Source of the DNA: Yuukianura sp. NJ FZ-2021
Lineage: Eukaryota
Reading direction: 5' to 3'
Length of the DNA: 64,000 bases
Assembly (NCBI GenBank): GCA_046563655.1
Contig: CM102288.1
Span: 5,022,001 to 5,086,000 of the forward strand
The notes below the pieces were generated by a model. The model made no database searches. It had not been told where the DNA came from and saw nothing but the letters and a program-made list of their open reading frames with translations. Positions 36,045 to 49,100 of the stretch are shown here, in pieces (within the stretch, counting starts at the first letter, position 1; every line of letters starts with the position of its first letter). The translations under genes were made by a program, and so were the position numbers.

Positions 36045-38714
36045 ATGTTACAACATTTTTTCACAAGCTTGTTATTTTTGACGGTTTTGCTTGGCGTAAA
36101 CGCAGTGATTCTTTCCACGTGGTTGGATTTAATGACTAGGTGTCAAGGCACATGCTACTACTATCCGCAGGAAGGTCAGGGAGAGCTCAATCACCGCTGT
36201 AAGGACTTCGTTTATGGAGAGACGGTAAAATCCTGACGGAAAATTTTGTTCGAACGACAATGTATTTCAATTTCACATAAAAAAAACCAAAAAGCGAGAT
36301 GTTTTTCAAAATGTTCATTCAACTTTGTTGCGAATATTACTAGGGTCGAAAAGATTCACAAGGTGCTGTTAACAGTTGGAACGAATCATGTCGTTACGTC
36401 GTATCGATTCAAGCGTACATCCCGAGTTGCAACACCTTCGATCGCCAACCGCTCTCCGACCGCATGTGCCAATACTACAACCAAAATAACGCTAGCAACA
36501 CACTGTTCTTGATTACAGTTGCTCGACGTTTTCCAATTCAAGGATGTAATCTCGCCTTGGACAGAAACCCTCCCTTTGAACTTAAGGCTTACAAAAAGGA
36601 ATACGAGGACGACGAGAATCCTCTAAGACGTAACGGTGCTTGCAACGTTTGGGACGAAAACGTTGCCTTCACTCTCTCCACTTCGCAAGAAACAAACTTG
36701 ACGTCGCCTTTTGCTGCAGCGGATGAACTCTACTATGTCTGTACTAATGAAGGGCTCACATCCTATCCATACGACAACGGGCAGGAATTGAGCGTTGACC
36801 CAAACAAAGGTAAAATTTGGTTATCGTCGAACGGCTGGGATTTGGTCGCCTTTTGTTTTTTTTACACTAATTCGAGTATGTTGAACACGAATATGAAACA
36901 AAAAATTCCCCGGAACCGGAACTGAAAGGAAGTATTTTTAATTAATTTTTGAAAATCGGACTTTTGCCGGAAGATCTTTATGTGGGTGTATAGTTACCTA
37001 TGGAAAATTTTTCTTATGTTAGTTATGTGGAAATTTTTTTTTTCATATACGTGTTACACTCGAATTAGTGTAAAAAGCAGACGGGCGACCACAGGTCTCA
37101 GCCGTTCCATCATAACCAAATTTTTCCGAATAGAATACAAAAACACAATATCGCAACGCATTACATTAGCTGCACCATATTCCGACGGTCCACCCGGTAT
37201 ACTTTGGTCTCGAGTTCGAAAGGTAAGAGTCTGATTGCATTGCAGGTCGGATTCTGGAAAACTTTAAAACTTTGGATTACTGTATTAGCCTCCAGGGGAA
37301 CGGACAATCATCTGCTCCTTCGTCTTGTCCACGGATAGATTTCCCTACAGAAGGAGCAAGTGGCGGAATGAAGGTCGTGGCGTTGGCAAAGAAGATTTCA
37401 AACATGTACTAACCGCCAATGAACTCAAACCACGAGCAATACATTTAGACCCGTATGCAACGGCACTATGGCTCAAAGTTGGCGAAACCAATATTACAAG
37501 ATACTACTTTGACAAATTTCAAAACCTAATTCTTAAAGATGAGGAAGATCGCCAAAACAAAACCAAGAGGATATATACCAAATGGATCATCAATTCCAAA
37601 ATTGTAAACGTGCAGACAAGTTCAAATGTGGTAGATTTGAAGGCGTTGACAGATCCAAATGATGCTAAGTTCCTTCCACCGCCAATTGACCCTGTTCAGA
37701 ATGCCGAAGTTCTACGGAAAATCGACTCCATCTATGCCACATGCAGAGACAAAAGGGCAATGTGTTTCAATTTTCCGCAAGAAGAAGGGTAAGCTTAGAA
37801 ATTATTTTAAAATAAAGGTTTTTAGTTAAAAAATTCTTTATTTTAAAAACAACATTATAACATTATTTGAGTTACTGTGGTTGAATAGGTGTCAGAGCCG
37901 TGAAAAATGTCACATGCTGGTGGTGATTGAAGAGTTGTTTAACTTTGAGCGGCTCCATATTGACATGCTGAGCCATCCACATTCGCCTCACCCAGTCGTT
38001 AAGCCGTTTTCTTATGGATGGGTACGAAACAATTCAACTCCGCGCCAATTCAAAATGTGGCGCGTTTTGAATTGCAGATATTTTATTTGAATTGAACGTC
38101 TTGGTAACTGTTGTTAATGATTTCAGATGGGACTTGCGTTTTCAAATGATTCTCGAATGGGCGGAGAAGCCGTCTTCACTTGCAGCCATAAAGGAAGACG
38201 TGGTAGCTGTATTGGTTCCACTGGAGTGCAGGTCAATCCGCATGCGTCGCAGGCCGCTGTCGGCGAATGTTCCAAGGTCTATATTTCCATAAATCTTGAG
38301 CATGCTGCACTCCGTGCTAAAGGATATGAGGAGAAGAACAACTACTTTTCTGACAACCAAATTGATCCACTTTTTGGCGACTACCAACAACTAATTGAAA
38401 ATCCTTATGTCGAAACTGCTGAAGTTCCTTCTGAATCTGAACCTCGAGTCCTCTGTTCCTTTGATATTCGAACTCGTGACTACACCAATATCAGCATGTA
38501 TCCAAAGCGACCAAGGGAAGTTTTGCGATATGATCTTCGTAACAAAGAGTACCATGTTCTCATGGCGACGGGGAGATCACTTGCAGGAGACTGGCAGATT
38601 TCTTATCATGGTCTAGGCAACCGTGCTTCTGGAACCAACATGAAGTTCTCTAGAAAAATTTATAGGGATACTGTTGTCAAAGATGGAACTGGACACGCCC
38701 ATATTCAGGGTTGA
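36045..38714 (+). CDS. Secreted protein with two tandem DOMON-like domains (FRRS1/SDR2 type); no cytochrome b561 part
   Basis: Signal peptide. Second domain: CRDKRAMCFNFPQEEGCQSREKCHMLV...GWMGLAFSNDSRMGGEAVFTC...VLCSF...YDLRNKEYHVLMATG...ISYH. The first domain shows degenerate equivalents (CYYYPQEG, VAFTLS...LYYVC, IICSF). About 6 exons. Confidence 0.7.
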
Positions 38715-39040
38715 TTTGGTTTGACAAACTGACTTCTAAAATTCAAGAACTCCGACAAGCTTAAACCAAAAATGAGTTATTTTGATCAAAAGCCAATAAG
38801 CAGCCCGTTACTATTTAAGTTATAAATACATTTATCAGGTAATATGCCCAGATGAATAGTTTTGAAACTATTGGTAAAATGAACATCTTCATAACAAAGA
38901 AAACAGCTCTTCTATCAAGCTAAAGTTCTAAAAGGTTAATGAACTAAATCCTTCATTATGTAAAAGACATTTATATTAATTTAATTTAATTAAAAACTGT
39001 AGAAAACTAACCGTAAAGTAACTGATTGAGTCGCTAGTTC

Positions 39041-40765
39041 TCAAAATGAACCAAACATCGTTTCAGAAGAGTATGAGTCCGCAGCAGGTCCGGTACTTCC
39101 AGTTCTTTCTTCCTCGTCTCCGCTGCAGGAACCATTTCCCTCCATCTTCTGCTGAAGTCTATTGTTAGAAAGTCTTGCTTTGCGAGGATTTCTTAGTTTG
39201 AAGTTATCCCCGGTGACCTTGTCATCCGCATGAACTTTAGTGTGTGACCTCAAGTTCCGATTAGTTTTGAACGTCGAGGAACAGATTTCGCACATGAAAG
39301 GTCTAAGAGAGGAGTGGTACAGTTGATGATTTCGAAGGTTCATCGCAGTATGGAACTTTCGAGGGCATAGTGTGCATGAGTACACTATTCCCCCCATACC
39401 ATGAACTCGTATCTTGTGCATTCGAACCGCCTTTTTACTGAAATAACTTGCAGAACAGTTTTCGACATCGCATTTGAACTGCCTTTCTCCATGATTATAA
39501 CTGTGGTACTTGAGAATGGAGGGGAAAACGGCCTGGAATGGACACTGAGAACATTGATACATTTTTGTAACTCCAATAAGATGGGTCCGAGTCTTGTGTC
39601 GCTTGAGCTTTTCATGGCTAGACAAAACTAGGGGACATATGTCACATGGGAATGCTGGTGCAGTAGTCGGTGGTTCATGTTCAGCCCTTACATGTTTCTG
39701 AAGGTCATACGTACTTCTCAGTTCACTGTTGCAGAATATACATGTGAATGGTTTGTGTCCAAGAAAAGGCTCGTGCAGGATTTCATGACTTTTAGCTTCT
39801 TCGTCGGAGTTAAATCGTTTACCACAGAACTGGCATGCAATACGCGGAATCGGAATGTCTGGTGGCTTGGGGTGAGACTTTGTGTGTTCACGCATGGCAG
39901 CATACCCGGTGACGACTTCTTGACAGATAGGGCAAGTGTAATCCTTCTGACGAGATCTAGTCACACTGTGCTTTGACTCCAGCCTTTTTCTATATTTCTT
40001 CAAAATATGCTTGGAGGATGTATCAGATTTCTTTACAGAAGTTTTGTTTTTCTTTGACAACTTTGTGGTATTTTCGGTTGGTGAAGGTGACCATTCCGGA
40101 TCGTCATTGTCGATTTTCATTTGAAATTCATTATCACCTTCGTCGGGATCAGCATCAGCCGGTGTGTTAGCAGCAGATGGTTGAACTCGTAACGGATTAC
40201 TAGAGTAATAAGAAAACATAAATCATCGCAAATGATAAACAAACAAATATAAACAAATAATATATAAACAAACAAACAATTAAACAACAGTTATTGCAAA
40301 GAAAACTCGAATTATGACTTACACTGACATAGAAGGAAGGTTCTCCGTGTCAATGCCGTAGCCTTTCACATACTTTTCTTTTTTGACGCTGTTTGGTACA
40401 AAATCGTCAATAGCCAGAACTTTCTGGATAAGCTCCCGATGTTCCGATCTGTGCTTCTTGCTGCTTCGCATCAACTGGCCCTTGATTTGTTTTTTAATTT
40501 CAAGAAGTTTTCCTTCTAAACGTGAAATTGTCGTCATCATGAAATCCACATTACAAATAACTTTATGGCAAGACAGGCAGTAAGGTACACTGTGTAAAAG
40601 CCGTCGGCATTTTCCACTACTAACGTCCAAAAGGGTACACAGAGAGTCCGACCAAGATTTTCGTAAACTCTTCAATATTTTACAGTTTGTAGTCGTCAAC
40701 GCCGCTGGATTAAATCCAAGCTGTCTGCGGATACTGCATCCACATATGAAGCATGAGCTAGTCAT
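39041..40765 (-). CDS. ZAD-like domain plus C2H2 zinc-finger array transcription factor; 2 coding exons
   Basis: N-terminal CFICG...YCLSCHKVI followed by a helix; about 8 C2H2 fingers with linkers such as GHKPFTC and SSLRPFMC. Confidence 0.9.
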
Positions 40766-42063
40766 CTTGCTTTGCTAATATGATGTGGAGATGTGATGCA
40801 GTCACCTTTATGTGCAATTACTCTTCACAACCTAAACAAAACAACTTACGGTAAGTATGGATATGCTGTATACAAGTTAAAAGAAATCCACACTCGTCCG
40901 AACAAGTGGCTTACCGATCTGTTCTTAGTAATCGGAAAAAACTGCAAATCACCCATAGGTTGATTAATTGGTCATGGTTCGATATAAAAGAACCCTGAGA
41001 AAGTTATAAAAGTATTTGGAATTGTGCAATTCAATCAAACACACGCGATTTGTTAAATCTTATTATTAAAATTAATAAATTACGGAAACTTGAATAAATC
41101 TATGTCACGAACAAAACTTCGTAATCCAAGTCCAAGTTGGTCTCCCTAAAAGGCGGATCTCAGATTTGGCGGATTCAGCGGATTTGCGCGGACTATACGA
41201 GGAAAAAGCGTATTACTGCGCTCTATATTAGGAAAACGCGTATCCTTCCGGACTATATGAGAAGAAGTGCGATTTACACCCAATATCGCTTAAATCAACA
41301 TGAATTAAAACCAGAAGTAATTAAAAGTGATTCAAATCAAAACAAATCAAAGTTGAAATAACTTAAGCTTAGTAAGTTGAATTAAAATAAATAAAATTGA
41401 AGTGAATAAAATTTAGCTTATATGCTTATATATTATATGCTTATATTTAGCTTTAATAAAAACAAAATAGGGCCGGTAGTTAAAACCGCATATAAAGTCA
41501 GTCCAATGGTTATCGAGCTATAAGCATTACAGAAAGACAGACAGATGGACGGACGACGGACAATACGATCCCAACAAGTGGTTGACGATACTTAATAAAA
41601 TTGTATTATGAATATGGTATTCGAAGAAGTTAAATGGCTTTTATGACATCGGACGTGGTGCTCCAGTTCTTCAAATCAAATTAATTCCAACAAGAAGGTT
41701 ATCTCACCATGTAAGCTTTGTGCTGCTCAAAAATTAAGTTTAATTTCATTCGGATTTTATAAAATAAAAACGTTTAGGAGCTTACAAGTTGTGAGATTCA
41801 ATCGAATTCGGAATTGGTGGTAATTACGTCTTAAAACTGGATATGCTAATTTTGACGAAAACATTCGGCAGCAATTAAAAGTATTCCTGCCTTTTATTAA
41901 AGTGCACTTAATAAGAAAACCTAACGTAGTGACGATGACGAATATTCACTTTAGAGTAATGGCTCGTAACACCGGATTATATTATCTCGCGTACATTTGC
42001 TTCGACAGTATGAAACACTGCACAACGTTTGTTACGAGAGGAAACGATGTGTATCCGCAAGGC

Positions 42064-43641
42064 ATGCGCTTCAGGTTCCTTTGTGCAATATTAATCGTTT
42101 TTTCTGTAAGCCATGTAAAAATAACTTTGAAAAAAATAATAACTTTATTACATCATTCTGCCTATCAAACTTGGTAATATTACAGGCCGGCTGTAACTGT
42201 AATGCGACTGAAGTTACAGACGACTTGGGCGCCAGAATTTACATGGAGGATCCTGCTAAGATGCGATTTCCATTTATGGTCGCCATTAGGGAAGTAAGAG
42301 TGGTTGCTGAAAATTTAGACCGCAATACATTACATTTTTAGTTTTCAAAACAGTCGCTTCATGTTAATTTTTTATGCAGGGGAAGACAGTAGCTTGTGGT
42401 GGCGCCTTGGTGGACAACCAGGTACTATAACATTTGTGGAATGTAACACAAATTGGTAATGTAAATTCAAAAAAAAATGAGCAGCTATCTTTCACTTGAA
42501 TGACTCCAAAAAAAAAGATTAGAAAATCAGCGAAAGCTCAACTCGTTGATAACACTTTTCGTGTTTTTAGAACATCGTGACAGCGGCTCACTGCGTACTG
42601 CTTATTCAAAATCAAAAGTACAAGGTAAACATGGTTCTGGGCGCGTTCGATTTGGAAGACCCGAGTAACATGGAAAGGACCCCAACTAAATGCTGGATTC
42701 CAAAATCTTACAAGCCTGGTCGAATAAGATCTCGTGCGGATATTGGAATTTGTCGTCTCGATAAGCCGATTAAGTTCAGTACTCGCGTCAAAAGCATTTG
42801 TGTCTCTAGTGTATACGCAAAGGTAGTAAATGTGGCTCTAATTGGCTACGGCCGGATTGACGGAATTAACCATACCAGCTATCTGCAATACGCAAAAGTA
42901 ATGCTGGTACAATACTAATCCATATGAATTATTGGAGTCTAAATTTTGTGTTTTACAAACACAGGGTAAGACACTACGGAACAAGGATTGTAACGAGGAT
43001 CATATCAAGCGCCAACAGATTTGCGCAGTTCTCCACAACAAGAAAGGAAAGCGTGTGGAACAGGCAAATGGAGACTCAGGCGGTATATAAGTTTACACTA
43101 TAATTTTGAAATTTGTAATGTCTTTTACAATTTTCCATTTCCAGCTTAAGTTCGAGTGACAATTCAATATGATTGACAATACAGCATATAGTACATTAAA
43201 GCTTTTCTAAATTCTGTAATAAACTATAATTTACAATTTTCAGGACCTCTTTTTTCCAGCGTGGGAAATGGCAACTATACTTTGGTAAACACAATTTTTG
43301 CTTAATAAGATATTTTTAAGTCTGAGTCCTTCTTACAACGTTGAGCTTCCTGCTCTGGTAACAACCTGCTTGGCTAGACAAAACTGCTAGTTAACAGCAC
43401 AAAATGGCTGTTAAGTTAATAGACCTTTGTAAACGCCGTATGGAAGTAGCGAAACTGCTGTAGAATAATTTGTTAATGTTTAATATATTAGATTGGTGTA
43501 GTCTCGTACAACTACGACTTTCCCGCAGCGAATGGAGGATCTGTTCCGGACTTCACTGTTCCTGGGGTGTATACGAGGGCGAGCAGTTACATTTCGTTTT
43601 TGGAGGAGCACGCAAGTATTGAAACTAACTGCCACGCATGA
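42064..43641 (+). CDS. Secreted chymotrypsin-fold (S1) serine protease, atypical; multi-exon
   Basis: Signal MRFRFLCAILIVFS; FPFMVAI; ACGGALV; TAAHC; ADIGI; NGDSGGP split by an intron; PGVYTRASSY; stop at 43641. Confidence 0.85.
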
Positions 43642-44920
43642 CATCGGTATACCATAATTGAGTCCCCTTAGTGTCATTTCCGCATTTTTTCATTGACTTC
43701 CGTGTTGTAATTCTAGGCGAGAACAATGCTATGACCTATGCTTGGAAAATACTTACCTAAAATGTCAAAATCTGTCTTACCAGAATTAACGTTATAAATA
43801 AATCTATTGTATAAAATACTTATTGCACTAAATATCTGGTAATTAGCAAAATCATTTTTACAGCCAAACGTTTTGTCATATAATTTATCCTTTGAATTTG
43901 ATTTTTGCAATAATAATTGTACATATTCCCACAATTGCTTAGTAGATTTACACAAAACCAAGCCTTCTAGCAATACAATAATTACATCAAATCAATTTTA
44001 TTTTCGAACATTTTTTTTTCTGAAACTAATTTTTTTTATGTCCACTTTTTTTTTTCATTGACGTTTTTACTAGGTACTACACGAGTATTCAGTTGCTGTA
44101 AAAAACAAAGTCGCCCCAGAAAAAAATTTTCGTTGCAGATTTTTTCAAATGTATTTGAGCTCTGTATCTATTTGGTAATCTCCCCCCATATAAACTATAA
44201 ATATATTAGGTTTTACATATGGCGTGGCTCAAGCTCACGTAGACTTAATTTGGCCTTACGGCAAAGACGGAAGGAGGTGAGGAAATGAGAAATAAGTTGG
44301 CGTAACGTAGTTCTTCAACGCCTGTATCCACGGTGTAGAAAGATGGTGTTTGTAGAATTACCCAAGTGAATTCCACTAGGTTTCTCTCTACAAACCGTCC
44401 GCTTATTTTAGTAATATATGCAAGTACTCCACTTTATATTCTTTCATTTCAACATTAAATTGTTTTCCCTACTAATTAATTTTCATTAACTTAACTTTAT
44501 CAAGTCAACTAAATAAAAGTGAACCAGAGTTTGGTCTCAACTTCTCATATTGAGTCAGTTCTATTCGCTTATCTTACGCTCAAGTAAACCAAAAACTTAC
44601 TGATTGAGAATGAGATAGTACATAGTTACTGAGAGAGAGATTGCCATGGAGGTTTTTGACTGGTTACAAATGATGTAATTCCGGCTTACCTCAACCACAA
44701 ACGTATCAGCTTCACCTGCGGTTACTTCTTCCTCTCTTCTGTTTTATCCCGCCTTGCGTCTCCTTTCGTCCTTTCTTCCATTTCGTTCCTTCTCTCATTA
44801 AACTTCGATTTACCAAGAGTGATTTCGTACACGTTATCAGAGTATCCGGCAAAGTTCATCTAACTAATAAACCATCAGTGACGGATCTTGTCCTCTGAAG
44901 CAGGTTGACCTCAGCTAAAA

Positions 44921-45599
44921 ATGTCGGAAAACAATCAGGTAAAGGACTTTGTGCATACAATTAGTCACATTAGTCACACCTTGGCTCCTTTCCTTAACTG
45001 TGATTTGGTTAGGACGCTAAACAGGGCGAAGATGGAAGTTCGGAGTACATCAAGTTGAAGGTCGTGGGTCAGGATAGTAACGAGATCCACTTCCGTGTAA
45101 AAATGAGCACTCAGATGGGGAAACTCAAGAAGAGCTACAGCGAGAGGCAGGGTGTGCCCATGACCTCGCTTCGTTTCCTCTTTGACGGGAGACGAATCAA
45201 TGACGACGAAACTCCCAAACAGGTACGAGTACGACATACTCTATTATTGACCGGAGTAACGTTGAAGGTGCCATTACTCTTTGGCTATTTTAAATATGAC
45301 AAGTTTTAGGTATAACTTCTTAAACCTAACGTATCCTAACTTAGGATTCCTAAATAACGTAAATAACACTAGTAAGTGTATTGGCACCCTCAACCATCAA
45401 CCTTCTCCTATCCCATTATTCGTAAGAGATAAAAACACTGACTAGATGAAACCCTGTTCATTTGCTAAAAGTTCAAAGTGATTGTTTCCAGTTGATTTAA
45501 TCATGGGAACGACTTTGTTTTTTGCAGCTTGAGATGGAGAATGACGATGTTATCGAGGTTTACCAGGAACAGACGGGCGGTGGATGGATCGTCTACTAG
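44921..45599 (+). CDS. smt3: Small ubiquitin-related modifier (SUMO); 3 exons (44921-44938, 45013-45222, 45528-45599)
   Basis: [37 protein letters not shown]...[36 protein letters not shown], followed by the short extension GWIVY. Confidence 0.97.
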
Positions 45600-46156
45600 T
45601 GCGACTGATTATAATGTAAAACTTGGCTTAATTTTTTCCTACACTTTTCTTTTCGTGTTAATTGAATAAACTACACTACTCATTCATTCCAGACTCTGGA
45701 AAAGCAAGTAGTCAAATCCTTTACTTATCACAGCATTAAGGAGTTGTTTTTATGTGCTTCAACCACGTAAATACTTAAGTCCATAATAATAGTATAGCAC
45801 TTTCCTTTTTTTCTTGGGCAACGTTAACGTTAGAACGTTTAGTAATTCCTAAAATGAGGGATGAGGGATACTCTATACAGCAGTTTATACACAGTTACTA
45901 ACTCTTCACTTACAATTAGCGAGATTTTTATCCCAAACGAACTGAATACTAACTTAACTTAATAGACGTTAGACGTGAAAGCAGAAAGCAGTATTGCGAA
46001 CAAATCAAATCATATTGATTATTAGTAAGGAGCTGGCGACTGATTTCGGGGTTGGAGATTGCATCAGCTGATCAGTTGGAAAGCTCAAGAGCAGCGTGTT
46101 CCTGATTCTTTACTCCAGTTCAGTGGATTAATTGATGAGACGACGTATGAGGGACG

Positions 46157-49100
46157 TTATAAGGCGTCACGGTGGAAAATCCACTTTCGGGGAGAGTGAT
46201 CAAAGCGATGTGTGAGCCATTGGTGCTGAAGTAGAGCGTACCTCTCTCGGCTCAAAAACAACGGTTTCCCTCTCCTGTAACATTTGGAGCAAAGTATTAG
46301 AATTTATGTCAAACTTTACGTTACATTATTGACTTATGTTACTTGAGTTCTCTATCTTCTTCTCCGAAAGAGTCCAAGTACACGCTTCCCCAGAGACACG
46401 CCCGCTTTCCTCGAATGACGACAATGGTGGAGGAGTTGACACTGAGGTACATGGCCGTTCCGGCTCCGCAACTGAGAGCATGCTGTGTAGCCTCAAAGAT
46501 ATTCTGTTGTTTGCAACAAGAGTCACGGAGACACACCATCGTTGCACACAAAAGGCAGATGCTGGGATCCTTTGGGACCAAGTTGCACTTGGGGCATTGA
46601 CGTCTATGATAGTACTGGAAAATTCCGTCGTAGGCATGGGGTAAATCCAGAATTCTCGGACTTGACCAACTCAGACTCTGAGTGCTGAGTAGAAAACGAG
46701 CAGAGGTTTGGTTTCTGCCAACAAAGTTGGACAAGTCTGCGCACCAAGTCCAGATAGCCTTGAGTGGTGTGGGTGAGATCCAGAAGAGGAAGTGGTGGGC
46801 CTTGAACGGCTCCACGACGAAAGCTCCTCGTCTGGTCGAAGGCTCCGAAAGGCCGAGACTGAGGAATTGGCCAAGACAAGGAAACTCCATCTCTACCGTT
46901 GGGATGAATGGGAGTTCTTGGTCGTACAAGTGATGGCGAAGGAGTGCGGCTATTCGGAGAAAAGGCAATAAGAGACTTTGAACTTGGTTTTCGATTTCGT
47001 CCTCGTTCAGTTCAAATGATCCGTCCTTGTGTCGTGTGGAAGACGAACAGTCCATGTCAGAATCCGAATCGGAGAGATTTGCCAGGTTCGTTACGACAGT
47101 TGCCAGGAGGAATTCCAATTGGTTGATGTGTGTGCCCTTGGTGTCATCTGAGGCACTGCTGAACAGCCCTTTCTTGGCTTGCCATTCCCCTCTCTCCCTC
47201 TGTCCCAATCGACTGCTGATGGTGACCAAGGCTTGAATGTAGACGTGGTTGTAGAGAGCTTGAACCATGCAGTTGAAATAAGCTAACAAATAAATTCATA
47301 TTTAGTCTTAACATTTTTATAAACTGCCGCGTATCGTTGAGAAACGTGAATTATTAATCAGCTGATTCATAATTAGCAGTGTTGCTGTTGCTGGACGGCT
47401 AAACGCCCAGTGGCTTAATTGCCACTTCCACTGGATATCCGCTGGAAGAAATGCAGTCGAAATGGATCAAACTTTTAGTGGATTGGATGGAAGAAATTAA
47501 GATTTTAGCGTGAAATTCCAAAAAATTTAAAATTACAAAATCATATCAACAGGAGTTTCTTTCATCATTAAAATTAAATTCTTTCTTTAAAACTCAAACA
47601 AAAACGACATTTGCTTCATTTTTGTACGGTATTTTAAACTGTTTAAGCTTTTCGTCCTTAATTAATTCAAACCGCGCGGGCAAAGCTCTGCCCCTTTGGA
47701 TTGGTCCATTTCTTCCACTGGATATCCGTCGAAAAAGTGGATATCTAGCAACACTGATAATTAGTTACGAGAGTAAGTGTTCTTACCAGAATCAACGTGC
47801 ATCGGGAGGTTCATGAGGAAGTGCAAGAGTGTTGCGATGGGATCTCTTAGCAGAAGCGGCACCTCTCGCTCTGCAGTAATCACTTGCGTGTCAGGGAGAA
47901 ACCGAATTCCCAGAATTCTCTCCCAAGTTTTCGGCAAGCACTGGTCAGTCGACAGGATCTTGTAGTGAACTCCCAACACATGAAGCAAAGGGACTGAAAA
48001 ACAAGTGAAAGTAAGTTACAAAGCTCGGTTTTATGTAAAAATGAAGAAAATAACTAATTTATATACCGATGCATGATCGCTTGGGCACCCCAGCCACTGG
48101 AGCACTGGCTGCTGAGGTGGATGGTTGCGGTTCGGCCGGCGTGGAGACAAGGTTTCCGCCCAGCAGAACCAACTCCAACTCCAAGTTCGTTCTGGCTATT
48201 GAGTTTACAAACAGCAGGATACTTTTCGTATTCGTCGTTGCTCCGATTTTTCTATACTTGAGACTTGTGGCGTTTGTCATCTCTTCCATAGTTTTCGCCA
48301 TGGCATCAACCATCTTCGAGTGATCTGTGGGCATGGGATACTCCTTTAACAGTTTCACAATTTCCAGGGCCACAGTAGCTTCTGGCCAAGGGGGAATTTG
48401 AGGGATGGTGGTCTCCAATGTAGAAGTGTCTCCAGTTCTGTCTTTTACCAAAGCACTCTGCCTACTGCCAAACTCAGAAGACAACGGCAGAAAAGAGTTG
48501 GCCAACTGCCGACACAATGGACAAAAGTATTCACCCCTACAAAAGACAAAATGTTTTCAATTTCGTGAAACGACAGTTTGTTTAGAAAAAAAAGGTGGCA
48601 AATGGTACCTGTCGATTGAGATGTTATGCTGCCTCTGCTGTGTTCTCAATGAAGTATGATAATCACGGAAACAGTCGTGATGGAGATGGTGACCGCAAGT
48701 CTGAACGTGAACTCCGCCCTCCCAGCCACCAGACATGCTCATCAACCAAGAGTCGTCATCAAAATGGGCACTCAATTCCAAAAGTCTTCGCTCGTTCAGG
48801 GTCGACATTGTTTCAGAAGCAAGGAAACCACAACGTTCCTCATCCGTTGACGGCAGCATCAAAACTGCAGAATCTGCACAAAAAAAAGGAGAAAGTTAGT
48901 TTGGTTACAATTTCGGCTTAACTTAAGTGTAGAAGTTGGAACTTTACCTTTCTTTCTGCGATGACCCAAAACACTAGTGGCTTGAAGTAAGATGACAAGT
49001 CCCATGGGATTTGAAGGGGTACTTGGACCAGTCAAGTTGCAAATGACGCAGTGGTACTCGACTGCTTTCATCGTCTCGGTGTTCTGTTCCTCCTCTTCGA

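Noticed and set aside
41480..41590. (GACA/GACG)n stretch resembling a Helentron/DINE-type fragment
   Set aside because: Too short and degenerate, and the termini are not identifiable.
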